Of a DNA stretch of 64,000 nucleotides, positions 55,596 through 64,000 are shown piece by piece. Both the position numbers and the translations under genes were made by a program. The DNA is taken from assembly GCA_963777955.1 (NCBI GenBank), contig CAVZSQ010000021.1, forward strand, positions 1 to 64,000, read 5' to 3'. Source of the stretch: Calditrichia bacterium. Lineage in GTDB: Bacteria; Calditrichota; Calditrichia; JAJRVZ01. Numbering within the stretch: the stretch's first letter is position 1; every line of letters starts with the position of its first letter. The notes beneath the pieces were generated by a model, which searched no databases, was not told the DNA's origin, and was given only the letters and a program-made list of their open reading frames with translations.

Positions 55596-57512
55596 ATGCA
55601 GTTGATTTCGGATAAAACATTGGACCGCAAAGCGGATATGACTCCGCTGACAGATTCTGAAAGTAATTTAAAATTATATTTACGTATACTCGCTTATCTG
55701 CGGCCTTATAGCCGGCAGATTATTCTGATCTTTTTATGTAACTTTTTCTTCGTCATTTTTGAAACACTATCCATCTGGATGGTGGCCCCTTTTGTCAGCA
55801 CCCTGTTCAAAGCAGACCAGCCGGCAGTTGAACAGACCGTCGCTCAGCCTGTACAAGCAGACAAAGAAACCAGGCTTTTCAATTTAAATCAATGGTTGAA
55901 AGAGCGTACCGAAAAGTATTTCCGCCGCAGCGACCGGATCGAAACTTTAAAATTGCTTTGTATTTTTATTTTCCTGGCTTTCTTGCTCAAGAACAGTTTC
56001 GCCTTCAGCGAAGCCTGGCTGGTCAGTTTTATCGAGCAGGGGGTAATCAAAGATCTGCGTGATCAGATCTATCGCCACGTATTATTTCAACCGCTGAGTT
56101 TTTTCAGCCAGTATCAGATCGGCAATTTAATTTCACGCGTCACCAATGATGTGAATGCCCTCAATGTGGCGGTCAATAAAAGTTTCACCAAAATAATCCG
56201 CGATCCCATCGTGGTAATTATTTTCCTGGTCATCCTGTTCAATATCAGCTGGCCCCTGACTCTGCTGGCCATGATCGTATTTCCGGTAACCGGTATCCTG
56301 ATTACCAAAGTGGGACAGAGTCTGAAACGCAAGAGCAAACGGGTCCAGGAACGCATTGCCGATATCACCACCGTACTGGAAGAAACCATCTCCGGGATCA
56401 AGATTGTTAAAGCTTTTTCCATGGAGAAATATGAATATGATAAATTTTTCGCCAAAACCTCCAGTCATTTCAAGGCCGTGTTGCGCCAGGTTCGCCTGAA
56501 CCGTTTATCAACGCCCCTGTCCGAAACACTGGGTATCGGCATCATGGTCTTTGTCTTATGGTTCGGAGGACAACTGGTCTTATCAGGAAAATTGATTTCC
56601 TCCGAAGATTTTATTCGTTTCATCGCCGTGCTCTTTTCGGTCATGGCGCCCATTAAAAGCCTGGGTGAACTCAACAATAATATTCAGATCGCGCTGGCCT
56701 CCAGTAAACGCGTCTTTAAGATAATCGATACCCCCAATACTATAACCGATAAACCCGATCCTGTAATCAAAACCACTTTTGACCGGGAGATCCGCTACGA
56801 AAATGTTAACTTCCATTATAGCGAAAAAGACAACCTGGTCCTGGCCAATATCGATCTGCAAATCCGGAAAAATCAGAAAGTCGCTTTCGTAGGCAGCAGC
56901 GGTGCCGGAAAAACAACGCTGGTAAATTTACTGCCCCGTTTCTATGACGTGCAGCAGGGTGCGATAAAAATCGACGGCATCGATATCCGTGATATTGGTC
57001 TGGCTAGTTTGCGAAAACTGATGGGGATAGTTACCCAGGATGTCATCCTGTTCAATGATACCGTGGCCAACAATATTGCCTACGGGATGAGCAATTATTC
57101 CCGTGAAGAAATTAATAAAGCTGCCACACTCGCCAACGCCGATGAATTCATCAAAGATCTGCCGGAAGGGTATGAAACCCTGATCGGAGAACGGGGTATG
57201 CGTCTCTCCGGAGGACAGCGGCAGCGTGTTTCCATTGCCCGGGCAATCCTGAAAAATCCTCCCATCCTGATTTTCGATGAAGCGACCTCCTCGCTGGATT
57301 CCGAATCCGAGCGTCTGATCCAGGAAGCGATAGATAACCTGATGCATGAGCGAACGGTCTTTTTAATTGCGCACCGGCTTTCCACAATTATAAAATCCGA
57401 TCAGATTATTGTCCTGGAAGACGGCCGGATTACCGACCAGGGCACCCATCAGGAATTATTACAACGCTCCGAACGGTATAAGCATTTGTATGAACTGCAA
57501 TTCGCCGTATGA
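55596..57512 (+). CDS. msbA: MsbA-like ABC exporter (permease + ATPase; start may be 55638)
   Basis: TMD followed by GSSGAGKT, LSGGQRQR, DEATSSLD, IAHRLST. Confidence 0.8.
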   Translation: MQLISDKTLDRKADMTPLTDSESNLKLYLRILAYLRPYSRQIILIFLCNFFFVIFETLSIWMVAPFVSTLFKADQPAVEQTVAQPVQADKETRLFNLNQWLKERTEKYFRRSDRIETLKLLCIFIFLAFLLKNSFAFSEAWLVSFIEQGVIKDLRDQIYRHVLFQPLSFFSQYQIGNLISRVTNDVNALNVAVNKSFTKIIRDPIVVIIFLVILFNISWPLTLLAMIVFPVTGILITKVGQSLKRKSKRVQERIADITTVLEETISGIKIVKAFSMEKYEYDKFFAKTSSHFKAVLRQVRLNRLSTPLSETLGIGIMVFVLWFGGQLVLSGKLISSEDFIRFIAVLFSVMAPIKSLGELNNNIQIALASSKRVFKIIDTPNTITDKPDPVIKTTFDREIRYENVNFHYSEKDNLVLANIDLQIRKNQKVAFVGSSGAGKTTLVNLLPRFYDVQQGAIKIDGIDIRDIGLASLRKLMGIVTQDVILFNDTVANNIAYGMSNYSREEINKAATLANADEFIKDLPEGYETLIGERGMRLSGGQRQRVSIARAILKNPPILIFDEATSSLDSESERLIQEAIDNLMHERTVFLIAHRLSTIIKSDQIIVLEDGRITDQGTHQELLQRSERYKHLYELQFAV

Positions 57513-58606
57513 ATTTCTTTTTTATCAACAGCATAGCACCTGCGGTCTGGGGCGGTGGTGAAAAATGGATGCTGACTACGGCTGGCGGTCTGCAACACAG
57601 GGGCCATCGTTGTTATTGCTGCGGTCAACCGGATTCACTTTTTCTGCAAAATTGCGCACAGGCAGGCTTAACTGTGCTGCCGCTGAAGATCCGCAGTGAT
57701 TTCAGCGTAAATAATATTCTCAGGCTGACCCGTTTCTTTAAACAACATCAAATCGGTATTATCATCGCCAATTTCAATAAAGATGTGCGCCTGGCCGGCA
57801 GCGCTAAAAAACTGGCCGGGATTCCGCTGCTGATCGCCCGCAACGGTCTGCCTATCCTGCCCAATAGCTGGATTTACCGCCGCACTTATAAAATGTTCGT
57901 CGATACCATCCTGACCAATACACAGGATATCAAGGACCGGTACCTGTCCTATGGCTGGTTAACTGATTCTTTTATCAGGGTTATTCACAACGGAATCGAT
58001 ATCGATCAGCAGATTGCCTTTGACCGCGCGGCAGTTCTGCGCAAGTACAATCTGCCTGAACAGCGGCCGATCATCGGCTTTTTTGGCCGGCTGGTCACCC
58101 AAAAACAACCTGATAAATTTCTGGAAATTGCCGTAGGGATTCTGCAGAGAATTCCACAGGCCAGGTTTATCCTGGCCGGGGATGGACCTCTGCGGCAGGA
58201 AATCCTGGCCCGGGCCGGCAAATTGCAGATAGCCCGGCAAATCCACCTGCTCGGTGCCCGGCGGGAGGTCATGGAATTATATTCCATCTGCGATCTGGTA
58301 CTGCTGACCTCCCGGAAGGAAGGCCTGCCCAATGTGGTTATGGAAGCCATGCTGGCGGCTAAACCGGTAGTTGCTTTTGCGGCAGGGGGTGTGAGAGAAT
58401 TAATCCCTACGCCGGCACAGGGTTGCGTGGTAGCTATTGATGATATTGAAACTGCCGCAGCCAAAGCAATCGAACTGCTTAATTCCAGTTCCCTGCGGCA
58501 GCAAACAGGAGAAACCGCCCGCCGGCACATCATCGATAACTTTTCTGTGGAAAAAATGATCAGCAGTGTCGAACAACTGTGCAGCGAATTATTTAAACGT
58601 TTATAA
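57509..58606 (+). CDS. Glycosyltransferase family 4
   Basis: WGGGEK, IHNGID, EGLPNVVMEA. Confidence 0.92.
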   Translation: MNFFFINSIAPAVWGGGEKWMLTTAGGLQHRGHRCYCCGQPDSLFLQNCAQAGLTVLPLKIRSDFSVNNILRLTRFFKQHQIGIIIANFNKDVRLAGSAKKLAGIPLLIARNGLPILPNSWIYRRTYKMFVDTILTNTQDIKDRYLSYGWLTDSFIRVIHNGIDIDQQIAFDRAAVLRKYNLPEQRPIIGFFGRLVTQKQPDKFLEIAVGILQRIPQARFILAGDGPLRQEILARAGKLQIARQIHLLGARREVMELYSICDLVLLTSRKEGLPNVVMEAMLAAKPVVAFAAGGVRELIPTPAQGCVVAIDDIETAAAKAIELLNSSSLRQQTGETARRHIIDNFSVEKMISSVEQLCSELFKRL

Positions 58607-60538
58607 ATTTACTTGAGTACCACTATTTTCTTTACCTTGAACAGGCTCGGCACCGCGCAAGACACAAAAATAAGTACCCGCAGCCAGATTAATCTCCTTC
58701 CAGACGTACCGATGTAAACCGCCGGTTTGTTTTTCGTTCAGCAGGGTCGTTACTTTTTCTCCCAGTATGTTCCAGATCTCTATACTGCACTGCTGCACCC
58801 GATCGAGCTGGTACAGGATCGAAGCCTGATCCTGTATTGGATTAGGATAAATCGCCGCCAGCGCCGCTTGCCTGGCCTGGTAGTAGGCCGGCGTGTTGTT
58901 GGTTTGCAATACTTTTTTATCAGGATCCAGTATCACTGCCTGAACCTGACCGGCAAAGGGGAGCTGATATTCGGTATATGAATTATGACAGGTTACAGTA
59001 ATCAGGCTATCGCTCGAAAAACCTTGCAGGAGTATATCCAGGTTCAGGTCATAAACAAGGCCCGCTTGCATTTGCTGCAGGGTCAAGGCCACCATCTGCC
59101 GGTCCTGCTGCCAGGTAAGATAAAGATCAGGTATACCGCTATAATTCAACCATTGATCGAAAAAGGATTGCAGGGCAGTCTGGCTGGTCATCTCGCATAT
59201 TTGTATAAAGTCGGCAGTGGTCACATTATCATATTTATATTGCTGGAAATAATTCCGGCAAATAGTTCTGAACAAATCGTCACCTACTTTGAGCCGCAGC
59301 ATATGTAATATCCATGCTCCTTTAAAATATACTGACCGGCCGAATAAATACTGTGGCGGCGGATTATAAACCGGGTAAGCCAGAGATCCATCCTGAAAAA
59401 TAAGACCTTTATATTCATTCATGCGGTTTAGCAAAACACTTTCACCGGCGATGTATTCAGAATAGAGGACATCAAAATAACTGGCAAATCCTTCATTTAA
59501 CCAGATATCCGCAAAAGAAACCGGTGTCACAGCGTCTCCCCACCATTGGTGCGCCAGTTCATGGGCGACGACCGAAAGATTATCCATGGTTGCATCGCGC
59601 ATCGTTGTCACTGTCTGGTTTTCCATACCACTTGCTTCAGCAAAAGGAACTTCGACCATGGCGTATTTATCTTCACTGAAAGGATATAAACCGATATAAT
59701 CACTGTAAAAAGATAACATGGAGATTGTCTCGGTTAGCACTGCCAGACCGCGGGCGGTATCAGCCGGGTAGACATAATAATTAACCGGCATCACTGTAGT
59801 CCCGAAAGACCAGGATTGCTCTACATTCTGATAAGGTGCTGCCGCCACTGAGATGAGATAGGTGGCTATAGGATAGTTTTCTGCCCAGACAGTCCTTTGC
59901 CAGCCCGGAGCCTCAGCAGAAATTTCTATATTCCGTCCATTGCTGACTATTACGTAGGATGAAGGCATACAGACCGACATTAGCAGTGTCGCTTTATCGT
60001 TTGGATCATCATTGCAGGGAAACCAGAAGTGGGCATCAAATGGTTCGCTGTGTGAATAGATTACAGTATCCCCCGCAGAATTCTGACGCCGGTACAAACC
60101 GTAACGCGGTGTGCCCTGATAAAATATCTCGAAAGTCCCGGAATCTCCTGAAGCCAGGGTATTTAAAGGAGTAACTATTAACTCGGTACTGGTTATAGCA
60201 AAATTTACCGGCAGGCCGTTCTGGAATACCGAATCCACCGGCAGACCTTCCAGGTCAAAGATCAGGCGATCCAATGCTCCTGCGGGGAGAACCAGACGAA
60301 TAGTAACACTCCCCTGCAACAGGAAAGGATCTGGTTGAATGGTCAGATTTAGTGCATAACTGCGGACATCATACGGTTTTACGGAAACAGCATGACTGTG
60401 ATCCGGACTTAAGACAGGTACTTTTTCAGTATAACCGGAAAAGCCGGGCAACTGGGCCAGTGTTACCGGGACCAGAATCTGCAGCAACGGACCGGAAAAT
60501 ACAACAACTCTGAGAATCCGCCGTTTATATCTGTTCAT
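58601..60538 (-). CDS. M1 family aminopeptidase with C-terminal sorting-type domain
   Basis: GMEN, HELAHQWWG..WLNEGFA, YFKGA. C-terminal IYPNP..NILGEKV..GTYF. Confidence 0.9.
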   Translation of the reverse strand: MNRYKRRILRVVVFSGPLLQILVPVTLAQLPGFSGYTEKVPVLSPDHSHAVSVKPYDVRSYALNLTIQPDPFLLQGSVTIRLVLPAGALDRLIFDLEGLPVDSVFQNGLPVNFAITSTELIVTPLNTLASGDSGTFEIFYQGTPRYGLYRRQNSAGDTVIYSHSEPFDAHFWFPCNDDPNDKATLLMSVCMPSSYVIVSNGRNIEISAEAPGWQRTVWAENYPIATYLISVAAAPYQNVEQSWSFGTTVMPVNYYVYPADTARGLAVLTETISMLSFYSDYIGLYPFSEDKYAMVEVPFAEASGMENQTVTTMRDATMDNLSVVAHELAHQWWGDAVTPVSFADIWLNEGFASYFDVLYSEYIAGESVLLNRMNEYKGLIFQDGSLAYPVYNPPPQYLFGRSVYFKGAWILHMLRLKVGDDLFRTICRNYFQQYKYDNVTTADFIQICEMTSQTALQSFFDQWLNYSGIPDLYLTWQQDRQMVALTLQQMQAGLVYDLNLDILLQGFSSDSLITVTCHNSYTEYQLPFAGQVQAVILDPDKKVLQTNNTPAYYQARQAALAAIYPNPIQDQASILYQLDRVQQCSIEIWNILGEKVTTLLNEKQTGGLHRYVWKEINLAAGTYFCVLRGAEPVQGKENSGTQVNL

Positions 60539-60641
60539 AAATAAGAAGTGCTATTTCAATTTGTATTTAATATTATTTATTTTTACTTTAAAAATATGAA
60601 ATATTGTTCGATTATCAAATATATAAATCAAGGAGGACACC

Positions 60642-60956
60642 ATGGCCGGACGTAGTGGCACTTTTTTTAAAGGACTTTTACTTGGTGGAGCAATTGGTGC
60701 TGTAGTAGGTATGTTATTTGCCCCCAAAACCGGGCGTGAACTTCGCCAGGAAATCAGCGATGAAACGGACAATCTGGTCGATAAATTAAGAGCCGACCTG
60801 GAAAATGCCAAGGAGACATTCGAAGAAGGGAAGCAGAAGATTATGGAAAAATTGAATAAGGAAGCGATGGAGGAACCGCCTGCCGTCCAGGACGATGTCG
60901 ATGCTGCACAAGAACCGCCTGTTGAAACGCCTCGCAAAAGAACGACCCGTAAATAG
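60642..60956 (+). CDS. YtxH domain protein
   Basis: GLLLGGAIGAVVGMLFAPKTGRELR. Confidence 0.92.
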   Translation: MAGRSGTFFKGLLLGGAIGAVVGMLFAPKTGRELRQEISDETDNLVDKLRADLENAKETFEEGKQKIMEKLNKEAMEEPPAVQDDVDAAQEPPVETPRKRTTRK

Positions 60957-60992
60957 GTCTGTTAATTTCTATAATTCAGATTAGGAGTAATT

Positions 60993-61337
60993 ATGGTCTG
61001 GGAAATTGCGCTTGTTATTTTCCTGCTGGTACTGAGTATGCTCACTCTCTTGTCGATTCCTGTGGTATTGCAGTTGCGTTCCACTTTATCAAAAATTTCT
61101 AGCCTGGTCGAAGGTATAAATAAGAATCTGCCCAATATTCTCAATGATGTGAATAAGGTTACCAACCAGATTGCCAAAGCTGGTTGGCAGATTCAGAATG
61201 CTGTGGATGATATTGTCGATATCGAGCGCAGAATTTCCCATGGGATTAAACGGCCTGCTGCCGAAATGGCCTCCTCGCTCGGCGCCCTGATAAAACTGAT
61301 CCAAACAGTTTTATCCCTGTTCAGCAGAAAAAAATAA
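60993..61337 (+). CDS. DUF948/YoxC-like membrane-anchored coiled-coil protein
   Basis: N-terminal TM, LQLRSTL, LPNIL. Next to ytxH. Confidence 0.7.
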   Translation: MVWEIALVIFLLVLSMLTLLSIPVVLQLRSTLSKISSLVEGINKNLPNILNDVNKVTNQIAKAGWQIQNAVDDIVDIERRISHGIKRPAAEMASSLGALIKLIQTVLSLFSRKK

Positions 61338-61430
61338 GCTTCGTTTATCCTTTCCCCTATTGGCCGGCTGTGCTTTTTACCCTGATTAAGCAGGTCTACG
61401 ACCTATCCGGTTTTAGTCCCGAGAAAAATC

Positions 61431-61459
61431 TTGCTTCGTATTTACGAAGTTATTATACT
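61431..61459 (+). promoter_or_regulatory. Sigma-70 promoter of ilvE with palindromic operator
   Basis: TTGCTT-17-TATACT containing CTTCGTA-TT-TACGAAG. Confidence 0.6.
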
Positions 61460-61505
61460 GAATTATTGAAATAATCAGCATATTAAAGATTAATGAGAGG
61501 TTGAA

Positions 61506-62429
61506 ATGGCAGATAAATTTGGCGCTTTTGTCTGGCACAATGGAAAATTTATTCGCTGGGAAGACGCAAATGTACACGTAATGTCGCATGTCATACATTA
61601 CGGTTCATCTGTTTTTGAGGGCATCCGTGTTTATCAAACCCATCTGGGATCGGCTGTATTTCGGTTACATGACCATATGCGACGCCTTTTGGAATCAGCC
61701 CGGATCTACCGTATGGATGTGAACTATAGTCTGGAAGAATTGTGCCAGGCGGCGATTGAGACTGTTAAAAAGAATAAATTTGCTGCCTGTTATTTAAGAC
61801 CGGTAATTTTCCGCGGCTTTGGCTCCTTCGGCGTCAATGCTTTTGACAATCCGCTGGAGACCTATATTGCCTCCTGGGAATGGGGCGCCTATCTCGGCCC
61901 CGGCGCACTGCAGAATGGGGTTGATGTATGTTTCTCTTCCTGGAACAGGTCTGCACCTAATACTCTTCCGGCCCTGGCCAAATGCGCTGCTAATTATATG
62001 AATTCACAATTAATCAAGATGGAAGCTCTGGTCAACGGATACACCGAAGGTATTGCTCTCGATCATAATGGCTATGTCTCCGAAGGCAGCGGTGAAAATA
62101 TTTTTGCGGTTCGTGATGGTATCATCTATACCCCGCCGATCAGTGCGGCGATTCTGACCGGGGTAACCCGTAATTCGGTGATCCATTTATGCCAGGAGTT
62201 GGGGTACGATCTGCGGGAGATGATGCTGCCCCGTGAAATGTTATACATCGCCGATGAAGTGTTCTTCACCGGTACCGCGGCGGAGATTACTCCCATTCGT
62301 TCAATTGATAAAATAAAGATAGGATCCGGCGAGCGGGGCAAGATTACCAAACATTTGCAGGAAGAATTTTTCAATATTTTTAAAGGTCAGAGAGCCGTAC
62401 CAGAAAACTGGCTGGCTGTGGTAAAATAG
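61506..62429 (+). CDS. ilvE: Branched-chain amino acid aminotransferase
   Basis: HYGSSVFEGIR, AKCAANY, EGSGENIF, GVTR, TGTAAEITP. Confidence 0.96.
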   Translation: MADKFGAFVWHNGKFIRWEDANVHVMSHVIHYGSSVFEGIRVYQTHLGSAVFRLHDHMRRLLESARIYRMDVNYSLEELCQAAIETVKKNKFAACYLRPVIFRGFGSFGVNAFDNPLETYIASWEWGAYLGPGALQNGVDVCFSSWNRSAPNTLPALAKCAANYMNSQLIKMEALVNGYTEGIALDHNGYVSEGSGENIFAVRDGIIYTPPISAAILTGVTRNSVIHLCQELGYDLREMMLPREMLYIADEVFFTGTAAEITPIRSIDKIKIGSGERGKITKHLQEEFFNIFKGQRAVPENWLAVVK

Positions 62430-62448
62430 TCGAGGTAGTCGCTTTAAT

Positions 62449-63591
62449 TTAAAAATCGCCGCTTATTCCTAACCCGGGTTGATCATTTAAAATAATTTTC
62501 CCTTGCTCGACTTTCAATCCGCTGAAAGGGTCTTCACGCAACAGCAGGTTGCCATCCAGATCAGCCCAGTCAACCAGCGGAGTCAGATGGGCAGCGGCGG
62601 CGATGGCGACCGAACTCTCGATCATGCAGCCCAGCATGATCTTGAGATTCATGGCTCTGGCCAGCTGGATCATGCGCATGGCTTCCTGGATACCCCCGGC
62701 CTTCATCAATTTAATATTAATTCCGTCATAAGCAGTTGCCAGTTTAGGTATATCAGCAGCAGTTTTGACCGCCTCATCGGCAATAATCGGCAGATCCACC
62801 CGCTCACGCAGCCATTTTGTTTCTTCCAGCATAGCGGCCGGCAGCGGTTGTTCTACGAATTCCACGCCCATGGTTTGCAACCACTTGATCTTCTGCAGAG
62901 CCAGTTCTTTTGTTTTCCAGCCTTCATTGGCATCGACCCGGATGATCTTATCGGTTGCCCGGCGTACCGTATCCATGATTTCTTCATCATTCTCTTTTCC
63001 CACCTTTATTTTTAAAACCGGATAGGATTCGGCTTCGCTGATTTTTTGCCTGATCATGTCCAGAGTATCGATACCGATGGAATAGGACGTCACCGCGGTT
63101 TTGTCTTTATTCAACCCAAAAAATTTATATAGCGGTACATTTAATCTTTTGCCGATCCAGTCCATGATGGCAATATCCAGGGCGCAGCGGGCACAGTTCT
63201 GATCAGTGATGTTTTTAAATATTTCCTCCTGCAGTTCGCTGAATTGCCATAGATCATAGCGGTCAAACAGACCTGCGACGCTGTTAATCCGTTCCGTGGT
63301 CTTAAGGTGATCTTCGCCATAACGGACATTCGGGGCGGCTTCGCCATAACCGCTTATACCGTCTTTGCTGATACGGACAAAGACATTATCTTTATAGTCG
63401 CTGGAATTTCTGGAAATCGTCCAGGTGTGTTGTAAAAACAGACGCTTGGTTTTCACTTCAAGCATAGCCCCTCCAGCCGAATCATACAATTCGGTGTTGT
63501 GATTAGCCCGGCCTTTGCCGGGATAATTAACCAGGAATCCCATGCCCAGCACGGATTTGCCGGTCAGGTTTAAAAAATCTTTACGCTTCAT
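62449..63591 (-). CDS. L-Ala-D/L-Glu dipeptide epimerase (enolase superfamily) with Tat-like leader
   Basis: KIKVG, VDANEG, EQP, ADE, NIKLMK, GCMIES, DLDG. N-terminus MKRKDFL. Confidence 0.9.
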   Translation of the reverse strand: MKRKDFLNLTGKSVLGMGFLVNYPGKGRANHNTELYDSAGGAMLEVKTKRLFLQHTWTISRNSSDYKDNVFVRISKDGISGYGEAAPNVRYGEDHLKTTERINSVAGLFDRYDLWQFSELQEEIFKNITDQNCARCALDIAIMDWIGKRLNVPLYKFFGLNKDKTAVTSYSIGIDTLDMIRQKISEAESYPVLKIKVGKENDEEIMDTVRRATDKIIRVDANEGWKTKELALQKIKWLQTMGVEFVEQPLPAAMLEETKWLRERVDLPIIADEAVKTAADIPKLATAYDGINIKLMKAGGIQEAMRMIQLARAMNLKIMLGCMIESSVAIAAAAHLTPLVDWADLDGNLLLREDPFSGLKVEQGKIILNDQPGLGISGDF

Positions 63592-63600
63592 GATCCTGCC

Positions 63601-64000
63601 TCAGTTTTTGATGATCCGCTTAATTACCTTCAATCTCTTTTTTTCAAAGTCATCATAGAGTTTATCTTTTTCATTGAAACTATTGATGCGCACATAACTG
63701 GGCGAAGCGGAATGGATAAAATCATATCCCCCCAGCGAGACCGCCACGTGGGTTATGTTATTATCCCTGCCGAAGAAGAGCAGGTCACCCGGAAAAACAT
63801 TACTGAAGCTGGAATCGGGGACGACTATTTCGCCCAGCCCGACCTGCATATTGGCATCACGCGGTAAGCGGTAACCTTCACAGGCATAAACCGTTCCGGT
63901 AAATCCCGAACAGTCAAAACCCTTGATCGAATTTCCACCCCATAAGTAAGGTATTCCCAGCATTTTCAGGGCCCGGGCTGAAATTTTTTCCCTGCCGGGC
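63601..64000 (-). CDS. NlpC/P60 peptidase (YkfC-like), partial
   Basis: GIPYLWGG..GFDCSG, LPRDANMQ, PGDLLFF, THV. Confidence 0.9.
   Translation of the reverse strand, partial: PGREKISARALKMLGIPYLWGGNSIKGFDCSGFTGTVYACEGYRLPRDANMQVGLGEIVVPDSSFSNVFPGDLLFFGRDNNITHVAVSLGGYDFIHSASPSYVRINSFNEKDKLYDDFEKKRLKVIKRIIKN

Noticed and set aside
26306..58533. Long antisense ORFs (e.g. 26306-26980, 38437-39006, 50627-51430, 58006-58533)
   Set aside because: Shadow frames opposite well-supported genes, with no recognisable motifs.

Overview
Bacterial chromosomal window, probably from an FCB-related diderm such as Calditrichota (inferred from gene content and Por/FlgD-type C-terminal sorting domains). Positions 1-~10.5 kb are the right end of an AT-rich genomic island integrated at the 3' end of a tRNA-Phe(GAA) gene. 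It carries a PLD-SNF2 helicase, an FRG-domain gene, orphan genes, a helically phased TGACC array, and a frameshifted gene fusing a Macro-like (ADP-ribose-binding) domain to a sigma-54 activator (GAFTGA). Directly downstream are a -24/-12-like promoter, two tandem paralogous HTH/coiled-coil genes with matching hairpins, and xis-int. The remainder is mostly housekeeping backbone: GH5 glycosidases, PTS EIIA/EIIB-hprK-hpf-xerC-topA-smg, pepT, prc, TRAP-T, nfeD-slipin, a K+ channel/cNMP-binding/HEAT operon, valS, rarA, mazEF, rpoZ, glycogen enzymes, an MsbA-like exporter, ilvE and a peptidoglycan-recycling epimerase/NlpC pair. Intergenic spaces hold many REP-like palindromes and short tandem 7-8-mer arrays. 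Many genes, including core ones, contain single-base frameshifts, most likely long-read consensus errors, so several CDS were reconstructed across frames by hand and their coordinates are approximate.
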